In this document: one piece after another, positions 7,755-18,332 of the stretch
Layout of the letters: each line of letters begins with the position of its first letter
How positions within the stretch are numbered: the first letter of the stretch is position 1
NCBI GenBank assembly: GCA_016215405.1
Contig: JACRJQ010000008.1
Coordinates: 124,898 to 188,897, forward strand
Length of the DNA stretch: 64,000 bases
Source of the DNA: Candidatus Tayloriibacteriota bacterium
GTDB taxonomy: Bacteria > Patescibacteriota > Minisyncoccia > Phycocordibacterales > UBA6065
Direction of reading: 5' to 3'
Notes under the pieces: generated by a model
Told to the model about the DNA's origin: nothing
Databases searched by the model: none
The model's input: only the letters and a program-made list of their open reading frames with translations
Program-made: the position numbers and the translations under genes

Positions 7755-8983
7755 ACGCGTATCTTTATGAAGCGGTGCTTTCCGACCTTCAGATCGAGAT
7801 CTGACTCGACCTTGGCGTCGAAAGCCTCGATGGGTTTGCCGGATTTAAGGTCCTTGATCGCCTTTTCTGCCACCAGCCGCTTGAACTCTGCCTTGGAGGA
7901 GACGATCTTGTTCTCTACGAGGACATCTGAGACGAGAGCTCCTTTCGAAGCTAGGGCCTCGGGAGCTTCCGACGACATGTCCCCTTTGGAGAAGGCGGCG
8001 AGGAAGGATCCCTTCGCCTTCTCGGCGCCCTCCTTTCCGTGGTAGATGGATACGAGAGCGAGGGCGAGACGCAGCTTCGAGTCGCGAGGATTGCCGCCTC
8101 GATCGAGGAAGGCCTTCTCTTTGGCGATGTCGTCCTCGGACGCCTCGGTGCAGAGCTCGAAGCCGGGGAGTATCATTCCGTCCGGCCAGCTCATGACCTT
8201 TCCGAACATCTCGGAGGCGGAATCGAGGAGGGTTATCATGTTGCCTTCGGTCTTGCCCATCTTCTTTCCCGATGGGTCGACGAGGAGCCTGGTCGCGACG
8301 ACGAACTTCTCTTTGTCCTTAAGCGATCGCAAGAGGTGCCTGCCGGCGAGCATATTGAAGGTCTGGTCGTTGCCGCCTATCTCCGCGTCCGTATCGAGAG
8401 ATACCGAATCGTACCCTTGCATGAGCGGATAGAGGAATTCGTGTACGAATATAGGCTTTTTCTCAGCCATCCTCTTTTCGAACATGTCCCTTTCGAGCAT
8501 CTGGCTCACCGTCATTGTCGATGCGAGCGAGACGACGTCGGAAAAAGTCATCTTGGAGAGCCATGTGCTGTTGAATACGAGCTTGGCTGGATTCTTTCCA
8601 CCGAAAGAGAGGAATTTCGAAGCCTGTTCTTTGTAGAGCCGGCAATTCGCGAGCACCTCTTCTCTCGTAAGCGCCTTGCGGGCGGCCATCTTGTCGGTCG
8701 GGTCGCCTATCATCGCGGTGAAATCGCCGATAAGGAGAGTGACCTTATGCCCCATCTTCTGGAGCTTTCCGATCTTCATGAGAGGGATCGCGTGGCCGAT
8801 ATGGAGCGTCGGACCCGTCGGGTCGATGCCGAAGTATATCGAGATGGGCTTTCCGGAGGAGAGCGCCTTCTTGAAAGCCTCTTTCGAGGGAAATACGGCC
8901 TCTACGCCGCGCGAGAGAAAAGCGTCTATCTCCTTCGTATTAACATCGATCGTCGCCGGTTTGCCGCTTCGCGAGAATATCAT
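7748..8983 (-). CDS. tyrS: tyrosyl-tRNA synthetase
   Basis: HIGH motif (GIDPTGPTLHIGH), KMSKS motif (KMGKT), C-terminal S4-like domain; 411 aa. Confidence 0.9.
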   Translation of the reverse strand: MIFSRSGKPATIDVNTKEIDAFLSRGVEAVFPSKEAFKKALSSGKPISIYFGIDPTGPTLHIGHAIPLMKIGKLQKMGHKVTLLIGDFTAMIGDPTDKMAARKALTREEVLANCRLYKEQASKFLSFGGKNPAKLVFNSTWLSKMTFSDVVSLASTMTVSQMLERDMFEKRMAEKKPIFVHEFLYPLMQGYDSVSLDTDAEIGGNDQTFNMLAGRHLLRSLKDKEKFVVATRLLVDPSGKKMGKTEGNMITLLDSASEMFGKVMSWPDGMILPGFELCTEASEDDIAKEKAFLDRGGNPRDSKLRLALALVSIYHGKEGAEKAKGSFLAAFSKGDMSSEAPEALASKGALVSDVLVENKIVSSKAEFKRLVAEKAIKDLKSGKPIEAFDAKVESDLDLKVGKHRFIKIRVK

Positions 8984-9043
8984 GACAACAATGTATCACA
9001 GGGCTATTTCGTTGTCTTGTAGAGCCATTCCTTTGGTGGTATC

Positions 9044-11605
9044 TTGAGTCTACTTCATATGAGAAAAAGCACCTTCCGGAGGGTTTTCGCGCATTTTAAG
9101 GCGCACACCCTGAAAGATATCGCCATCATCTTCGCGTCTTTCGCCGCCATCGCTTTGGGGGCAGCGGTACTCTGGGTATCTTCGTTCCGGCTTCCCGACC
9201 TCTCTTCCTTCGAGCAGCGAAAGGTGAGCGAGTCGACGAAGATATATGACAGGACAGGAAAGGTCCTCCTCTACGACCTTAATGAAGGGGTAAAAAGGAC
9301 CGTGGTCTCCTCGTCGGAGATCTCCGACCTCATAAAAAGGGCGACGGTCGCCATAGAGGACGCCGATTTCTACGACCATAACGGCATAAAGATATCCTCG
9401 TTCATCCGCGCGGTCCTCGCGAACCTCAAGACCGGCGAATTCAGCCAGGGCGGATCGACCATAACCCAACAGGTGGTCAAGAACACCCTCCTCACCCAAG
9501 AGAAGAAGATATCGAGGAAGCTCAAGGAGTGGGTCCTTGCCATCAAGCTCGATAAAGCCCTCACCAAAGACGAGATCCTCACGAGCTATCTCAACGAGAA
9601 TCCCTACGGCGGCGCCGTCTACGGCGTACAAGAAGCTTCGAGGAGATTTTTCGGGAAATCGGCGAAAGATGTCACTTTGGCCGAAGCGGCGTACCTCGCA
9701 GCCATCCCCCAGGCGACTACCTACTACTCGCCTTACGGCAAAAACGTGGAGAAGCTCGAGGATAGGAAGAACCTCGTCCTCCGCAAGATGGTCGAGGTCG
9801 GATACATAAGCGAGGAAGAGTACGAGGCCGCAAGAAAGGAGAAAGTGGCCTTCCAGGCCCAAGAAGAGTCGGGGATAAAAGCTCCTCATTTCGTATTCTT
9901 CGTCAAAGACTATCTCGAAGGGATCCTCGGGGAAGGCTTCCTCGAAGAGGCCGGCTACAAGGTCGTGACGACTCTCGATATCGACCTTCAGGAGAAGGCG
10001 CAGGACCTCGTAAAGGCGACCGCGCGCTCCAACCAGGAGAATTTCGATGCGGAGAACGCGGCGCTCGTAGCGCTCGACCCAAAGACCGGCGATATCCTCT
10101 CCATGGTCGGATCGCGCGACTATTTCGACAAGGAGATAGACGGGAAATTCAACGTGGCGACATCTCCCAACCGCCAGCCCGGCTCTACCATGAAGCCGAT
10201 AATATACGCGAGAGCTTTCGAAGAGGGGTACACGCCCGAAACGATCCTCTTCGACCTCGAAACCGAGTTCAGCTCGGAGTGCACGACGGAATTCAAGCCG
10301 AAGAACGAGGGGGCGGACCCGAAGACCTGCTACCACCCGAAGAACTACGACGATAGATTCCGCGGGCCTATAAGCCTCCGGGAGGCCCTGGCTCAATCTA
10401 TAAACGTCCCGTCTGTAAAGCTCCTCTATCTCGCCGGCGTGCGAGACTCTCTCTCCCTCGCCAAAGACATGGGCATAACGACCCTTACAAACGCCAACCA
10501 GTATGGGCTCACCCTCGTTCTTGGAGGCGGCGAGACGTCCCTCCTCGAGATGACCTCGGCGTACGGCACCTTCGCAGCCGAAGGGGTCCACGTCCCTTAT
10601 AAGCCGGTCATCGCTCTCTATGATGCCAAGGGCAAGGAGATAAGGCTCCCTTCGGAGAAGCCTCGCCAAGCCCTCTCCGCCGACTCTGCTCGCGCGATCT
10701 CCGACATCCTCTCCGATAACGCCGCGCGCACGCCGGCATATGGGGCGAATTCCGTCCTCTATTTTCCAGATCGCGACGTAGCGGTAAAGACGGGTACCAC
10801 GAACGATTCTAGAGACGCTTGGACGATCGGATACTCCCCCAACATCGTGGTCGGCGTCTGGGCGGGAAACAATGACAACGCCCCGATGGTAAAGAAGGTG
10901 GCCGGACAGATCGTGGCCCCTATGTGGAGCTCGTTCATGAAACAGGCGCTCCAGAGCGTTCCAGATGAGAGGTTCTCGCCTCCTTCGCCGAAGGATTCGG
11001 CCAAGCTTAAGCCGGTGATGAAAGGTATCTGGCAAGGAGGCACGACCTATACGATCGACACCATCTCGGGGAAGCTCGCAACAGAGTTCACTCCGGCAGA
11101 GACGAAAAAGGAAGTCGCGATCCAGTCCGTCCACTCCATATTGCATTGGCTCGATAAAGACGATCCCCTAGGCCCCGCCCCCCTCTATCCTCAGCGCGAC
11201 TCTCAATACGAGAAATGGGAGTTCGTAGTGAGGAAGTGGGCGCTCGAGAACGGCTACGCCGACCAGACCACCTCCTCGATGCCTACACAGTACGACGACG
11301 TCCATACGGCAGGGAACATGTTCACGATAAGCATCCAGAACATAGAGCAGTCGAAGCCTTATGGGCTAAACGACACCGTCTCCGTCTACGTGAACTCTAC
11401 AGGAAAGTACCAAATGGCTAAGGCGAGCCTCTACGTGAACGGCTCTTTCGTCGAAACGACGGAGAGGCAGCCGTTCATCTTTAGGTTCTCTCCTTCGTCT
11501 ATAGCGAACGTTAAGGACAAGAATATGGTGCGGATCGTCGGGCAAGACTCGGTATATAACCGCGCAGAGGCATCGGCGGAATTCAGCGTGGCTCTCGAGG
11601 GCTAA
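9044..11605 (+). CDS. class A penicillin-binding protein (transglycosylase + transpeptidase)
   Basis: GT51 motifs (EDADFYDHNGI, GGSTITQQVVKN); transpeptidase motifs STMKPI, SxN and KTGT; N-terminal TM anchor; 853 aa. Confidence 0.9.
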   Translation: MSLLHMRKSTFRRVFAHFKAHTLKDIAIIFASFAAIALGAAVLWVSSFRLPDLSSFEQRKVSESTKIYDRTGKVLLYDLNEGVKRTVVSSSEISDLIKRATVAIEDADFYDHNGIKISSFIRAVLANLKTGEFSQGGSTITQQVVKNTLLTQEKKISRKLKEWVLAIKLDKALTKDEILTSYLNENPYGGAVYGVQEASRRFFGKSAKDVTLAEAAYLAAIPQATTYYSPYGKNVEKLEDRKNLVLRKMVEVGYISEEEYEAARKEKVAFQAQEESGIKAPHFVFFVKDYLEGILGEGFLEEAGYKVVTTLDIDLQEKAQDLVKATARSNQENFDAENAALVALDPKTGDILSMVGSRDYFDKEIDGKFNVATSPNRQPGSTMKPIIYARAFEEGYTPETILFDLETEFSSECTTEFKPKNEGADPKTCYHPKNYDDRFRGPISLREALAQSINVPSVKLLYLAGVRDSLSLAKDMGITTLTNANQYGLTLVLGGGETSLLEMTSAYGTFAAEGVHVPYKPVIALYDAKGKEIRLPSEKPRQALSADSARAISDILSDNAARTPAYGANSVLYFPDRDVAVKTGTTNDSRDAWTIGYSPNIVVGVWAGNNDNAPMVKKVAGQIVAPMWSSFMKQALQSVPDERFSPPSPKDSAKLKPVMKGIWQGGTTYTIDTISGKLATEFTPAETKKEVAIQSVHSILHWLDKDDPLGPAPLYPQRDSQYEKWEFVVRKWALENGYADQTTSSMPTQYDDVHTAGNMFTISIQNIEQSKPYGLNDTVSVYVNSTGKYQMAKASLYVNGSFVETTERQPFIFRFSPSSIANVKDKNMVRIVGQDSVYNRAEASAEFSVALEG

Positions 11606-11853
11606 CGGATATCGTAAACCTTCGAACCCGGCGACTTGGAGCGAAGAGACGCGAGCACCGCGTCTTTTTTCGTATATACCGCGGACTTGAGCATCGACGA
11701 CCCCTTAACGTACAGGACGCCCTTCTTCACCTCGAATTCTGCCCCCTCGACGCCGCAAACCTCTCTAAGCGAGGAAAGTATCGCATCCCTCTCGTGAAGG
11801 GCGCTCTGGCCCAACGTAGCGAACTTCTTGAGGTAGTCGGAGATGTTGAACAT
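11602..11853 (-). CDS. DUF721/DciA-like small protein downstream of dnaN
   Basis: 83 aa. Conserved position after dnaN, and the pattern KKGVLYVKGSSMLKSAVY...VYDIR resembles DUF721. Confidence 0.45.
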   Translation of the reverse strand: MFNISDYLKKFATLGQSALHERDAILSSLREVCGVEGAEFEVKKGVLYVKGSSMLKSAVYTKKDAVLASLRSKSPGSKVYDIR

Positions 11854-11898
11854 AGGCTCTAAAGGCGAATCCCGGCTTTGACCGGGATTTCGAACCGA

Positions 11899-12999
11899 CT
11901 ATCGATTCATCGGCATCACCAGATAGGTGAACGATTTGTCCGAGACGCCTCGCATCACGAGAGGCTTATTCGACCCGCTGATGGAGAGAGATATCGAGTC
12001 GGAGTCGATCGATTGGAAGCAGTCCGAGATATATTTATGGTTGAAGTTTATCTCCACATCCTCGCCCGATACAGAAGAGTCGATAGCGTTGGTATACTCG
12101 CCCACATCGCTATTCTTTGTCGCGATGACGAAGTTCTTCTTCGAAGGCAGAGCCTTCACGTTGACCTGATTGAACTTATCGGAAAAGACGTGAGAGGTCT
12201 TGAGAGAATCGACGAGGTCCTGCTTGAGGACGACCACCTCCGTGACGAACGCCTTCGGGATGATCTGCCTGTAGTCGGGGAAGGTTGCGTCTATGACTCG
12301 CGACATGAGGTAGATATCCTTTCCTTCGAAGGCGATCTGATTCCTATCGAAATAGACCTTTATGTCCTCGGTGAGGCCGTCGAGGGTTCTTATGACGTCG
12401 CTTACGTTCTTTGCTGGGATAATGACCGAAGGAAAATCTACGGAATCTTTTATCTTGACCCTCTTCTCGGCGAGCCTAAACGAGTCCGTCGATACGAAAA
12501 CCAAGTCAGACCCCTCCTTGTAGACGTATACAGAGGAGAGCTCGGGCTTTACCGTCGATACAGAAGCGCTGTATACGACCGATTTGAACCCTTTGACGAG
12601 AAGGCGAGGATTGATCTCGATCGTCCTCTGGCTATCTATCTTCGGTATCGCTGGAAAATCATCGGGAGAATATGTCTTGATGAGAGTGGTGTTCGCCGAG
12701 GTAGAGACGAGGACGTTGCCCTCTTTCGATTCGAGGATTATATTCTTCTCTTTCGGAAGGCCGGAAAGAAGGGATGTGAGGACTGCGCCGTGAATCGCGA
12801 CCTCGCCCTCTGTATCCACCTTCGCCGGTATCTTTATCTCTATGCCGCAGTCGAGGTTCGTCGCCCGTACCGTAAGCGAATTCTTCGATGCGCGCAGATC
12901 GACGCACGAGAGTATCGGTAATGAGAGGTTTTTAGAGGTCAGCCTGTCTGCTTTCGTTATAGCGTCTATAAGCTTGTCTTTGATGCATTCGATTTTCAT
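11899..12999 (-). CDS. dnaN: DNA polymerase III beta sliding clamp
   Basis: 366 aa; MKIECIKDKLIDAI...LSLPILSCV... three-domain clamp; adjacent to dnaA. Confidence 0.9.
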   Translation of the reverse strand: MKIECIKDKLIDAITKADRLTSKNLSLPILSCVDLRASKNSLTVRATNLDCGIEIKIPAKVDTEGEVAIHGAVLTSLLSGLPKEKNIILESKEGNVLVSTSANTTLIKTYSPDDFPAIPKIDSQRTIEINPRLLVKGFKSVVYSASVSTVKPELSSVYVYKEGSDLVFVSTDSFRLAEKRVKIKDSVDFPSVIIPAKNVSDVIRTLDGLTEDIKVYFDRNQIAFEGKDIYLMSRVIDATFPDYRQIIPKAFVTEVVVLKQDLVDSLKTSHVFSDKFNQVNVKALPSKKNFVIATKNSDVGEYTNAIDSSVSGEDVEINFNHKYISDCFQSIDSDSISLSISGSNKPLVMRGVSDKSFTYLVMPMNR

Positions 13000-13243
13000 A
13001 GTCCCAGTATATCCTCTTAATTATCTATATATAAGACTATTACTATTAATATACCTGTGGATATGTGTATAAGTCGCGCTTGAGACTATAAACAAGGTTA
13101 TTTCGGATATTTCTCTTGCCGCTACGTGGGGATATCCGGTTTTGTTTCAGAACAACTTTTCGCTCTATGATCGAAAGCTCGAAGTTATCCAACAGCATCC
13201 CTCTCTTATCCACTCGAAATCTACACTTTTCCCCAGGCTTTTC
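13000..13243. other. putative oriC (dnaA-dnaN intergenic region): AT-rich unwinding element plus DnaA boxes
   Basis: Low-GC tract ttaattatctatatataagactattactattaatatacc. DnaA-box-like 9-mers TGTGGATAT (13056-13064), TTATCCAAC (13185-13193), TTATCCACT (13206-13214). Confidence 0.5.
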
Positions 13244-14587
13244 CTACGAGATGAGAGATCGTATGTGATTTACCTCTTGGAGAAGGATCTGGTTTGATTT
13301 TATATCCTCCTTTATCTTCTCGCATGAGTGGATCACGGTCGTATGGTCGCGGCCGCCGAGCTTCTCCCCTATCGAAGGGTATGAGATGTTCATGTCCTCG
13401 CGCAGAAGGTACATGATGACCTGGCGCGGCTTAACCACCTCCTTCTTTCGCGTTTTCTCGTAGATATGGGTCTCTTCGATGTTGTAGAAATCCGACACAA
13501 TCTTCACCACATCCTTGATCGATATCGATTTCTTGGGCTTCGAATTGTTCTTTATGAGGTTCTTTATCTCAAGGATATTGAGCTCTCGGCCTCGAAGCTG
13601 CGTCTGCATGGCGATCGAGTTGACGACGCCCTCGAGCTCGCGGATATTCCCGTCTATCGAAGATGCTAGGAATTCTAGATGCTCTTCTGGCAAAGGGATG
13701 CTCTGGCGCGAGAGCTTCGTCCTCAGTATGGATATCCTCGATTCGTAGTCGGGAGCCGATACGTCGACGATCATCCCCGACCCGAAGCGGGATTTGAGCC
13801 TGTCTTCGAGGTCCGGCATGTGGTTAGGGTGCTGATCGGACGAGCAGATGAGCTGTTTGTTCGACTCCTTGAGGGTGTTGAAGAGATGGAAGAACTCCTC
13901 CTGGGATTTTTCCTTCGAAGAGAAGAACTGTACGTCGTCCATGATGAGAACGTCGTATTTTCGGTAGCGCTCCTTGAATTGGTTGGCCTTTCCGAGCTGG
14001 ATCGAGTTCATGTAGTCGACGGCGAAGCGCTCGGAAGTCACGTAGAACACCCTTTTTGCCGGGTGATTCTGCTTTATGTGGTTTCCTACGGCTTGCATGA
14101 GATGGGTCTTGCCTCGGCCGGTGCCCCCATAGATGTAGAGCGGGTTGTACGCGATGCCGGGATTTTTCATGACGGCCTGAGCAGCCGCGTGGGCGAGCTC
14201 GTTGAAGGGCCCTACGACGAACGTCTCAAAGGTGTATTTAGGGTTGAGGTTGTCGTCCTTGCTTATGTAGAAGTCCTGAAGAGGCAATTCATAGGCGGGA
14301 AGGGCCCTCTTTGGCTCTTCGGAGACCTCCCTTCTCTCTTGGGACTTGGATATCACGTATTCGAGCGACCTCACGTCGTTGCCGAAATCCCTAAGGTATT
14401 TAAGGATGGTCTTGTGGAACTTCGAGGAGAGCCATTCTTTGGCGAATATAGAGGGGACGGCAAGATATACGACCCCATCGTCGAGCCTGTGGATATACGT
14501 ATCCCTAAACCACATATTGAAGTTAGCCTTCGAGACTTGAAGCTCGATTACCCCCAGAACGTTCTCCCAAAGCTTTTTATTATCCAT
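13244..14587 (-). CDS. dnaA: chromosomal replication initiator DnaA
   Basis: 447 aa; AAA+ Walker [11 protein letters not shown] and a C-terminal DNA-binding domain. Confidence 0.95.
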   Translation of the reverse strand: MDNKKLWENVLGVIELQVSKANFNMWFRDTYIHRLDDGVVYLAVPSIFAKEWLSSKFHKTILKYLRDFGNDVRSLEYVISKSQERREVSEEPKRALPAYELPLQDFYISKDDNLNPKYTFETFVVGPFNELAHAAAQAVMKNPGIAYNPLYIYGGTGRGKTHLMQAVGNHIKQNHPAKRVFYVTSERFAVDYMNSIQLGKANQFKERYRKYDVLIMDDVQFFSSKEKSQEEFFHLFNTLKESNKQLICSSDQHPNHMPDLEDRLKSRFGSGMIVDVSAPDYESRISILRTKLSRQSIPLPEEHLEFLASSIDGNIRELEGVVNSIAMQTQLRGRELNILEIKNLIKNNSKPKKSISIKDVVKIVSDFYNIEETHIYEKTRKKEVVKPRQVIMYLLREDMNISYPSIGEKLGGRDHTTVIHSCEKIKEDIKSNQILLQEVNHIRSLIS

Positions 14588-14644
14588 GATGCAAGGTTTA
14601 GCGAGCGACCTAAAGTATAGTCGGCCTCAGGGAATTGTAGTACT

Positions 14645-14653
14645 TGTGGATAG
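14645..14653. promoter_or_regulatory. DnaA-box-like site (TGTGGATAG) in the dnaA upstream region
   Basis: One mismatch from TGTGGATAA. A second site, TGTGAACAA, is nearby. Confidence 0.35.
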
Positions 14654-14742
14654 GATGTAAATGTGTTAATAATATGTGAACAAACTGTTGAGAGCGGAGT
14701 TTCCCAAATCTCCGGTTTCGGTTTACACTTTATTCCCTACTT

Positions 14743-14880
14743 ATGGCAATCGTATACAAGACAAAGAATAGGAAACGAGCTCGCGCTCACGGCTTCCTCG
14801 CGAGGAAGGCCACAAAGAACGGCAGGAACGTCATGAAGCGCCGAAGGCAGAAGGGCCGAAAGCGCGTAGTGAAGGTATAA
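14743..14880 (+). CDS. rpmH: 50S ribosomal protein L34
   Basis: 45 aa: [45 protein letters not shown]. Missing from the ORF track because it is under 60 aa. Confidence 0.8.
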   Translation: MAIVYKTKNRKRARAHGFLARKATKNGRNVMKRRRQKGRKRVVKV

Positions 14881-14891
14881 TCCCATACCCC

Positions 14892-15215
14892 ATGCTCCCG
14901 AAGGCGAAACGCCTCACGACGGAGGATGTCGGTTCGCTCGATACTGGAAGAAGCGTCTTCGGGACGCTTCTTTCTTTGAGGCTGAGGCCGTCTAAGGCCC
15001 TTAAATGCTCGGTTTCGGTATCGAAGAAGGTGGCGCCGAAGGCGGTAGACAGGAATCGCGCTCGACGAAGGGCGTACGCGGCGGCAGAGAAGGCCCTCAG
15101 CGCCGTGAAGTCGCCAGCTTTCATGCTCATCATGCTCAAAAAGGAAGCGCTTGCCGCGTCCGTCGAAGATATCGCCGCTGAGATCTCTTCCTTGCTCGAA
15201 AGGGCCGGTTTGTAG
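14892..15215 (+). CDS. rnpA: RNase P protein component
   Basis: 107 aa; LPKAKRLT... and the basic motif KKVAPKAVDRNRARR; sits in the canonical rpmH-rnpA-yidC order. Confidence 0.8.
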   Translation: MLPKAKRLTTEDVGSLDTGRSVFGTLLSLRLRPSKALKCSVSVSKKVAPKAVDRNRARRRAYAAAEKALSAVKSPAFMLIMLKKEALAASVEDIAAEISSLLERAGL

Positions 15216-15245
15216 GCTTTCTCACCCTCGCTTATACTTATCCCT

Positions 15246-16007
15246 ATGCGTTACATCTACAATAGCTTCATTTACGAGCCCCTCTATAACGGCCTTATAA
15301 TCCTCGTCGACCTCCTCAAAAGCCTCTCGTGGGTCGATGCCGGCATCATAATCATCCTTTTCACGATCATCGTTAAGCTCGTCCTCTTCCCTCTTTCGAA
15401 GAAGGCCGTCCGTACCCAGGCTGTAATGAAGCTCGTCGAGCCGGAGCTCGCCGCTCTTAAAGAGAAGTATAAGGGGGACAAGCAGGCCCAGGCGGTCCAT
15501 ATCATGAATTTCTACAAGGAGAAGGGCATAAACCCCTTCTCGAGCATCTTCCTCCTCTTTATCCAGCTCCCGATAATATTCGCGCTCTATAAGGTCTTCT
15601 ACGCCACAGGCTTCACTTCGATCCATACAGAGCTCCTCTATTCGTTCGTCTCCGTTCCTCCCCTCCCGTCGCCTCTATTCCTCGGTATTCTCGATGTCAC
15701 GGAGAAGAGCGCCGTCCTCGCCGTCCTCGCGGCGGTCTCTCAGTATTTTCAGATAAAGCTCTCCGTTCCGGTATTGCCAAAGAAAACAGGAGGAGAAAGG
15801 AACTTCCAAGAGGATTTCGCGCGCAACATGCAGGTCCAGATGAAATACGTTCTGCCTGTGATGATCCTTTTCATCTCCTATCACGTTGCCGGCGCGCTCG
15901 CCCTCTACTGGATAACCTCGAACCTATTCACCATTGGCCAAGAGCTGGTGATCCGCAGGCAGCTCGAGCGAGAAAGGGTCGCGGCGAAGGCAGTCGTTAA
16001 GGCCTAA
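15246..16007 (+). CDS. yidC: membrane protein insertase YidC (short form)
   Basis: 253 aa polytopic protein; conserved YidC core ...FPLSKKAVRTQAVMKLVEPELAALKEKY... and ...FISYHVAGALALYWITSNLF. Confidence 0.85.
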   Translation: MRYIYNSFIYEPLYNGLIILVDLLKSLSWVDAGIIIILFTIIVKLVLFPLSKKAVRTQAVMKLVEPELAALKEKYKGDKQAQAVHIMNFYKEKGINPFSSIFLLFIQLPIIFALYKVFYATGFTSIHTELLYSFVSVPPLPSPLFLGILDVTEKSAVLAVLAAVSQYFQIKLSVPVLPKKTGGERNFQEDFARNMQVQMKYVLPVMILFISYHVAGALALYWITSNLFTIGQELVIRRQLERERVAAKAVVKA

Positions 16008-16035
16008 GCGCTTTTACCGAGGCGAAACCTCGGTA

Positions 16036-16067
16036 AGAAAAGCCCCGCGAGAGCGGGGCTTTTCTTA
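16036..16067. terminator. bidirectional intrinsic terminator
   Basis: AAAAGCCCCGC-GAGA-GCGGGGCTTTTCTT. Confidence 0.6.
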
Positions 16068-16076
16068 GGATGCGGG

Positions 16077-17309
16077 TTACGGCACCAGGGCGTATGCCCA
16101 CGGAGTCATATCCCTTTTGTTCCTGAATACGAGCATGGTCTCCTTCTCGTCGAGGCTCAGATCGAATATGTCCATCGAGACGCCAGCTTCGGAGAGAGGG
16201 TTGAATATTTCCTCGGTTACTCCTGTCGAAACATTTATTTTCCAGAAGCTGTCCTCAAAGGAGATCCTTCCTTTATACCAGTCATCCGGGTAGAGGCCTG
16301 ATTCGATGAATCGAGGGACGGCGCAGTAGATCGAGACTTTTTCTTTCGCGCTCCAGACGCATTTATCAGAGAGAGTGGAGACCCCTACGCCGAAGCTGTT
16401 TTCCTCTTTGACGTCTGCGACCGCAGAGGCGAGGCCGTCTGCCCCGTCTGAGCCTGAATAGAATACGAAGCTGCCATCGACGTTTCCGAGAGGCCTTAGA
16501 CCGAGGGTGCCGCCTATGACTTTGGTATATGCGCCGGTCGCGCTATCGAGGAGATATGCGCTGCCTCCGGATTTTCCGCTCGGCCGAGAATAGAGGGTGA
16601 TTGCCTTTGGCGATGACCATACAGCATCCCAATCTCCGAAGGTGGAGGAGAACACGACGGTCTTCTTCGAGCCGTTCATCTCAGACACTATGCCTTGCGC
16701 GCCAGCACCGGTCTCGTCGAGGTAGAAGGCTCGGTTCCCCTGTACGGACACGCTGGAAATGCCGTCCTGGAGGAAAAGCCCTTCAAGCGCAGCTTCTGGG
16801 GATGAGGTCGAGAGCTGGGCATAGAAGGTCCTCACTATCCCGTCTTTCAGATATCGGATAAGGAGCTTCGATCCGTCCTTGCTCCAGAGCGCCTCGTGTA
16901 TCTTCGGGAGAGTGGTGTTGGATATCTTGGTCGAGGAAGTCGTCTCGTCCGAGGTCTCGTAGATGTGGCCGGTCGCGCGTTCTACGTATCTCATGAACAC
17001 CGTCTCTCCCTTATCGAACGCGACGACGCCCGCCGAAGGAGAGGTCGAGAGCTGCCGAAGGCGAGGCTTTTCGGAGGAGCTTCCGCCACCAAGGTCGATG
17101 ACCAACCCTTCATCCCCTTCTTCGCCCTCGCCCGTACCGCCCGTCGCACCTCCCTGGCTTCCTGTCCCGCCCGGGAATAGCCCCCCCTGGACGTTCTCGC
17201 CCGTTTCTTCCGGTATGTTCGAGCTAGACCTGTTCCAGATGTACCAACCGACTATCGCGAATATGGCGAGGACCGCAATGACGAGTATTGTAAAGGTTTT
17301 CTTCGACAT
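16077..17309 (-). CDS. membrane-anchored hypothetical protein, possibly beta-propeller
   Basis: 410 aa; N-terminal TM helix, Gly-rich linker, then a repetitive beta-rich domain. Confidence 0.5.
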   Translation of the reverse strand: MSKKTFTILVIAVLAIFAIVGWYIWNRSSSNIPEETGENVQGGLFPGGTGSQGGATGGTGEGEEGDEGLVIDLGGGSSSEKPRLRQLSTSPSAGVVAFDKGETVFMRYVERATGHIYETSDETTSSTKISNTTLPKIHEALWSKDGSKLLIRYLKDGIVRTFYAQLSTSSPEAALEGLFLQDGISSVSVQGNRAFYLDETGAGAQGIVSEMNGSKKTVVFSSTFGDWDAVWSSPKAITLYSRPSGKSGGSAYLLDSATGAYTKVIGGTLGLRPLGNVDGSFVFYSGSDGADGLASAVADVKEENSFGVGVSTLSDKCVWSAKEKVSIYCAVPRFIESGLYPDDWYKGRISFEDSFWKINVSTGVTEEIFNPLSEAGVSMDIFDLSLDEKETMLVFRNKRDMTPWAYALVP

Positions 17310-17315
17310 ATAGGA

Positions 17316-18332
17316 TTAATTGTTACATCCGTTCTCGACTGTATAGCCGCGAGGGCATTTTTTGAGATTTTCGAGCCACTTATCATCCATTACTTTTAGT
17401 TGAGCGAGAGCGTATTGCCTGTATATTTCCGCAGCCGCGCTATCTGTGTTTCTTAACTCGGCATAATCTCGGCTCATCGTGGAAAGGAAATCGCCCCTTG
17501 TCTCTTGAAAAAGCCTCGGTCCGCTGTCTGATGCGACGGGATATTTTCCACTTTCTAAGCCTGATATTATTGCGGTTGTTCCAAGCGTGACGTTGGTCTT
17601 TGCCACGTTAAACTTAACAAGCACCTGCGCCTCTTTCGCGGCCAGGGGGTCCGTTATCTGGGAAGCAACGTTCTGCTGACTTTGGATTGTGTCCTGGGCG
17701 ATCTTCTGGGCCGCCGCGGTGTCGCCATTTTGTATGGCCTCGACGATCTTTTTGTCGATTTGCGCTTGCGAAGCGGCGATAGCAGCGACTTTCGGATCGC
17801 CCGTCGTCGAGCTGAGAGAGACTTTCTGTGCATTATTTAGAGCACTCTCATAGGCTTTGCCGAGAACGTTACTACCTGCCAACTCCCCTGCTTTTGGCGC
17901 CCCCAAGTCGAGATTGATATTCACGAGATCGGAGTTGATCGTCCGCAGTATGAGATACGAGGCGAGGAGAAGGAGGAGCCCCCAGAGAGCGCCTGTCCAT
18001 TTCTCCTTAGCGGCCGACTTTCCGGTTATCGCCTCCGTAGTCGCGTATTCTATGCCCGCCCAGATGATCATGCCCACAGCGAGCACCGCTGCGAGCCCTA
18101 TGGATACGCCGTATATGTTGGTTATCACCTTGATGGGGTCCACCGCCTTGGTCGGCTCGAACGCTCCAGGAAGGGTCGTGAGGGAGCAATATTTTCCGGA
18201 GCCGTCGGCCGCTTTGCCGTTCACGCAGGCTACTTGCGCCTCTGCGTATGCGAAACCTCCGAATATGGAGAGCGCGATGAGCGAGAGAGCGCTTGCCGCG
18301 AGAGCCTTCCTTAGGATGCGAGCGTATCTCAT
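17316..18332 (-). CDS. membrane protein of the T4SS-like operon (signal peptide + two hydrophobic helices; possible pilin-like component)
   Basis: 338 aa; N-terminal signal, hydrophobic segments IGLAAVLAVGMIIWAGIEY and WGLLLLLASYLIL, then a long low-complexity region. Confidence 0.45.
   Translation of the reverse strand: MRYARILRKALAASALSLIALSIFGGFAYAEAQVACVNGKAADGSGKYCSLTTLPGAFEPTKAVDPIKVITNIYGVSIGLAAVLAVGMIIWAGIEYATTEAITGKSAAKEKWTGALWGLLLLLASYLILRTINSDLVNINLDLGAPKAGELAGSNVLGKAYESALNNAQKVSLSSTTGDPKVAAIAASQAQIDKKIVEAIQNGDTAAAQKIAQDTIQSQQNVASQITDPLAAKEAQVLVKFNVAKTNVTLGTTAIISGLESGKYPVASDSGPRLFQETRGDFLSTMSRDYAELRNTDSAAAEIYRQYALAQLKVMDDKWLENLKKCPRGYTVENGCNN

Noticed and set aside
9050-11146. 698-aa minus-strand ORF opposite the PBP gene
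   Set aside because: Antisense shadow ORF; the plus-strand PBP has all catalytic motifs.
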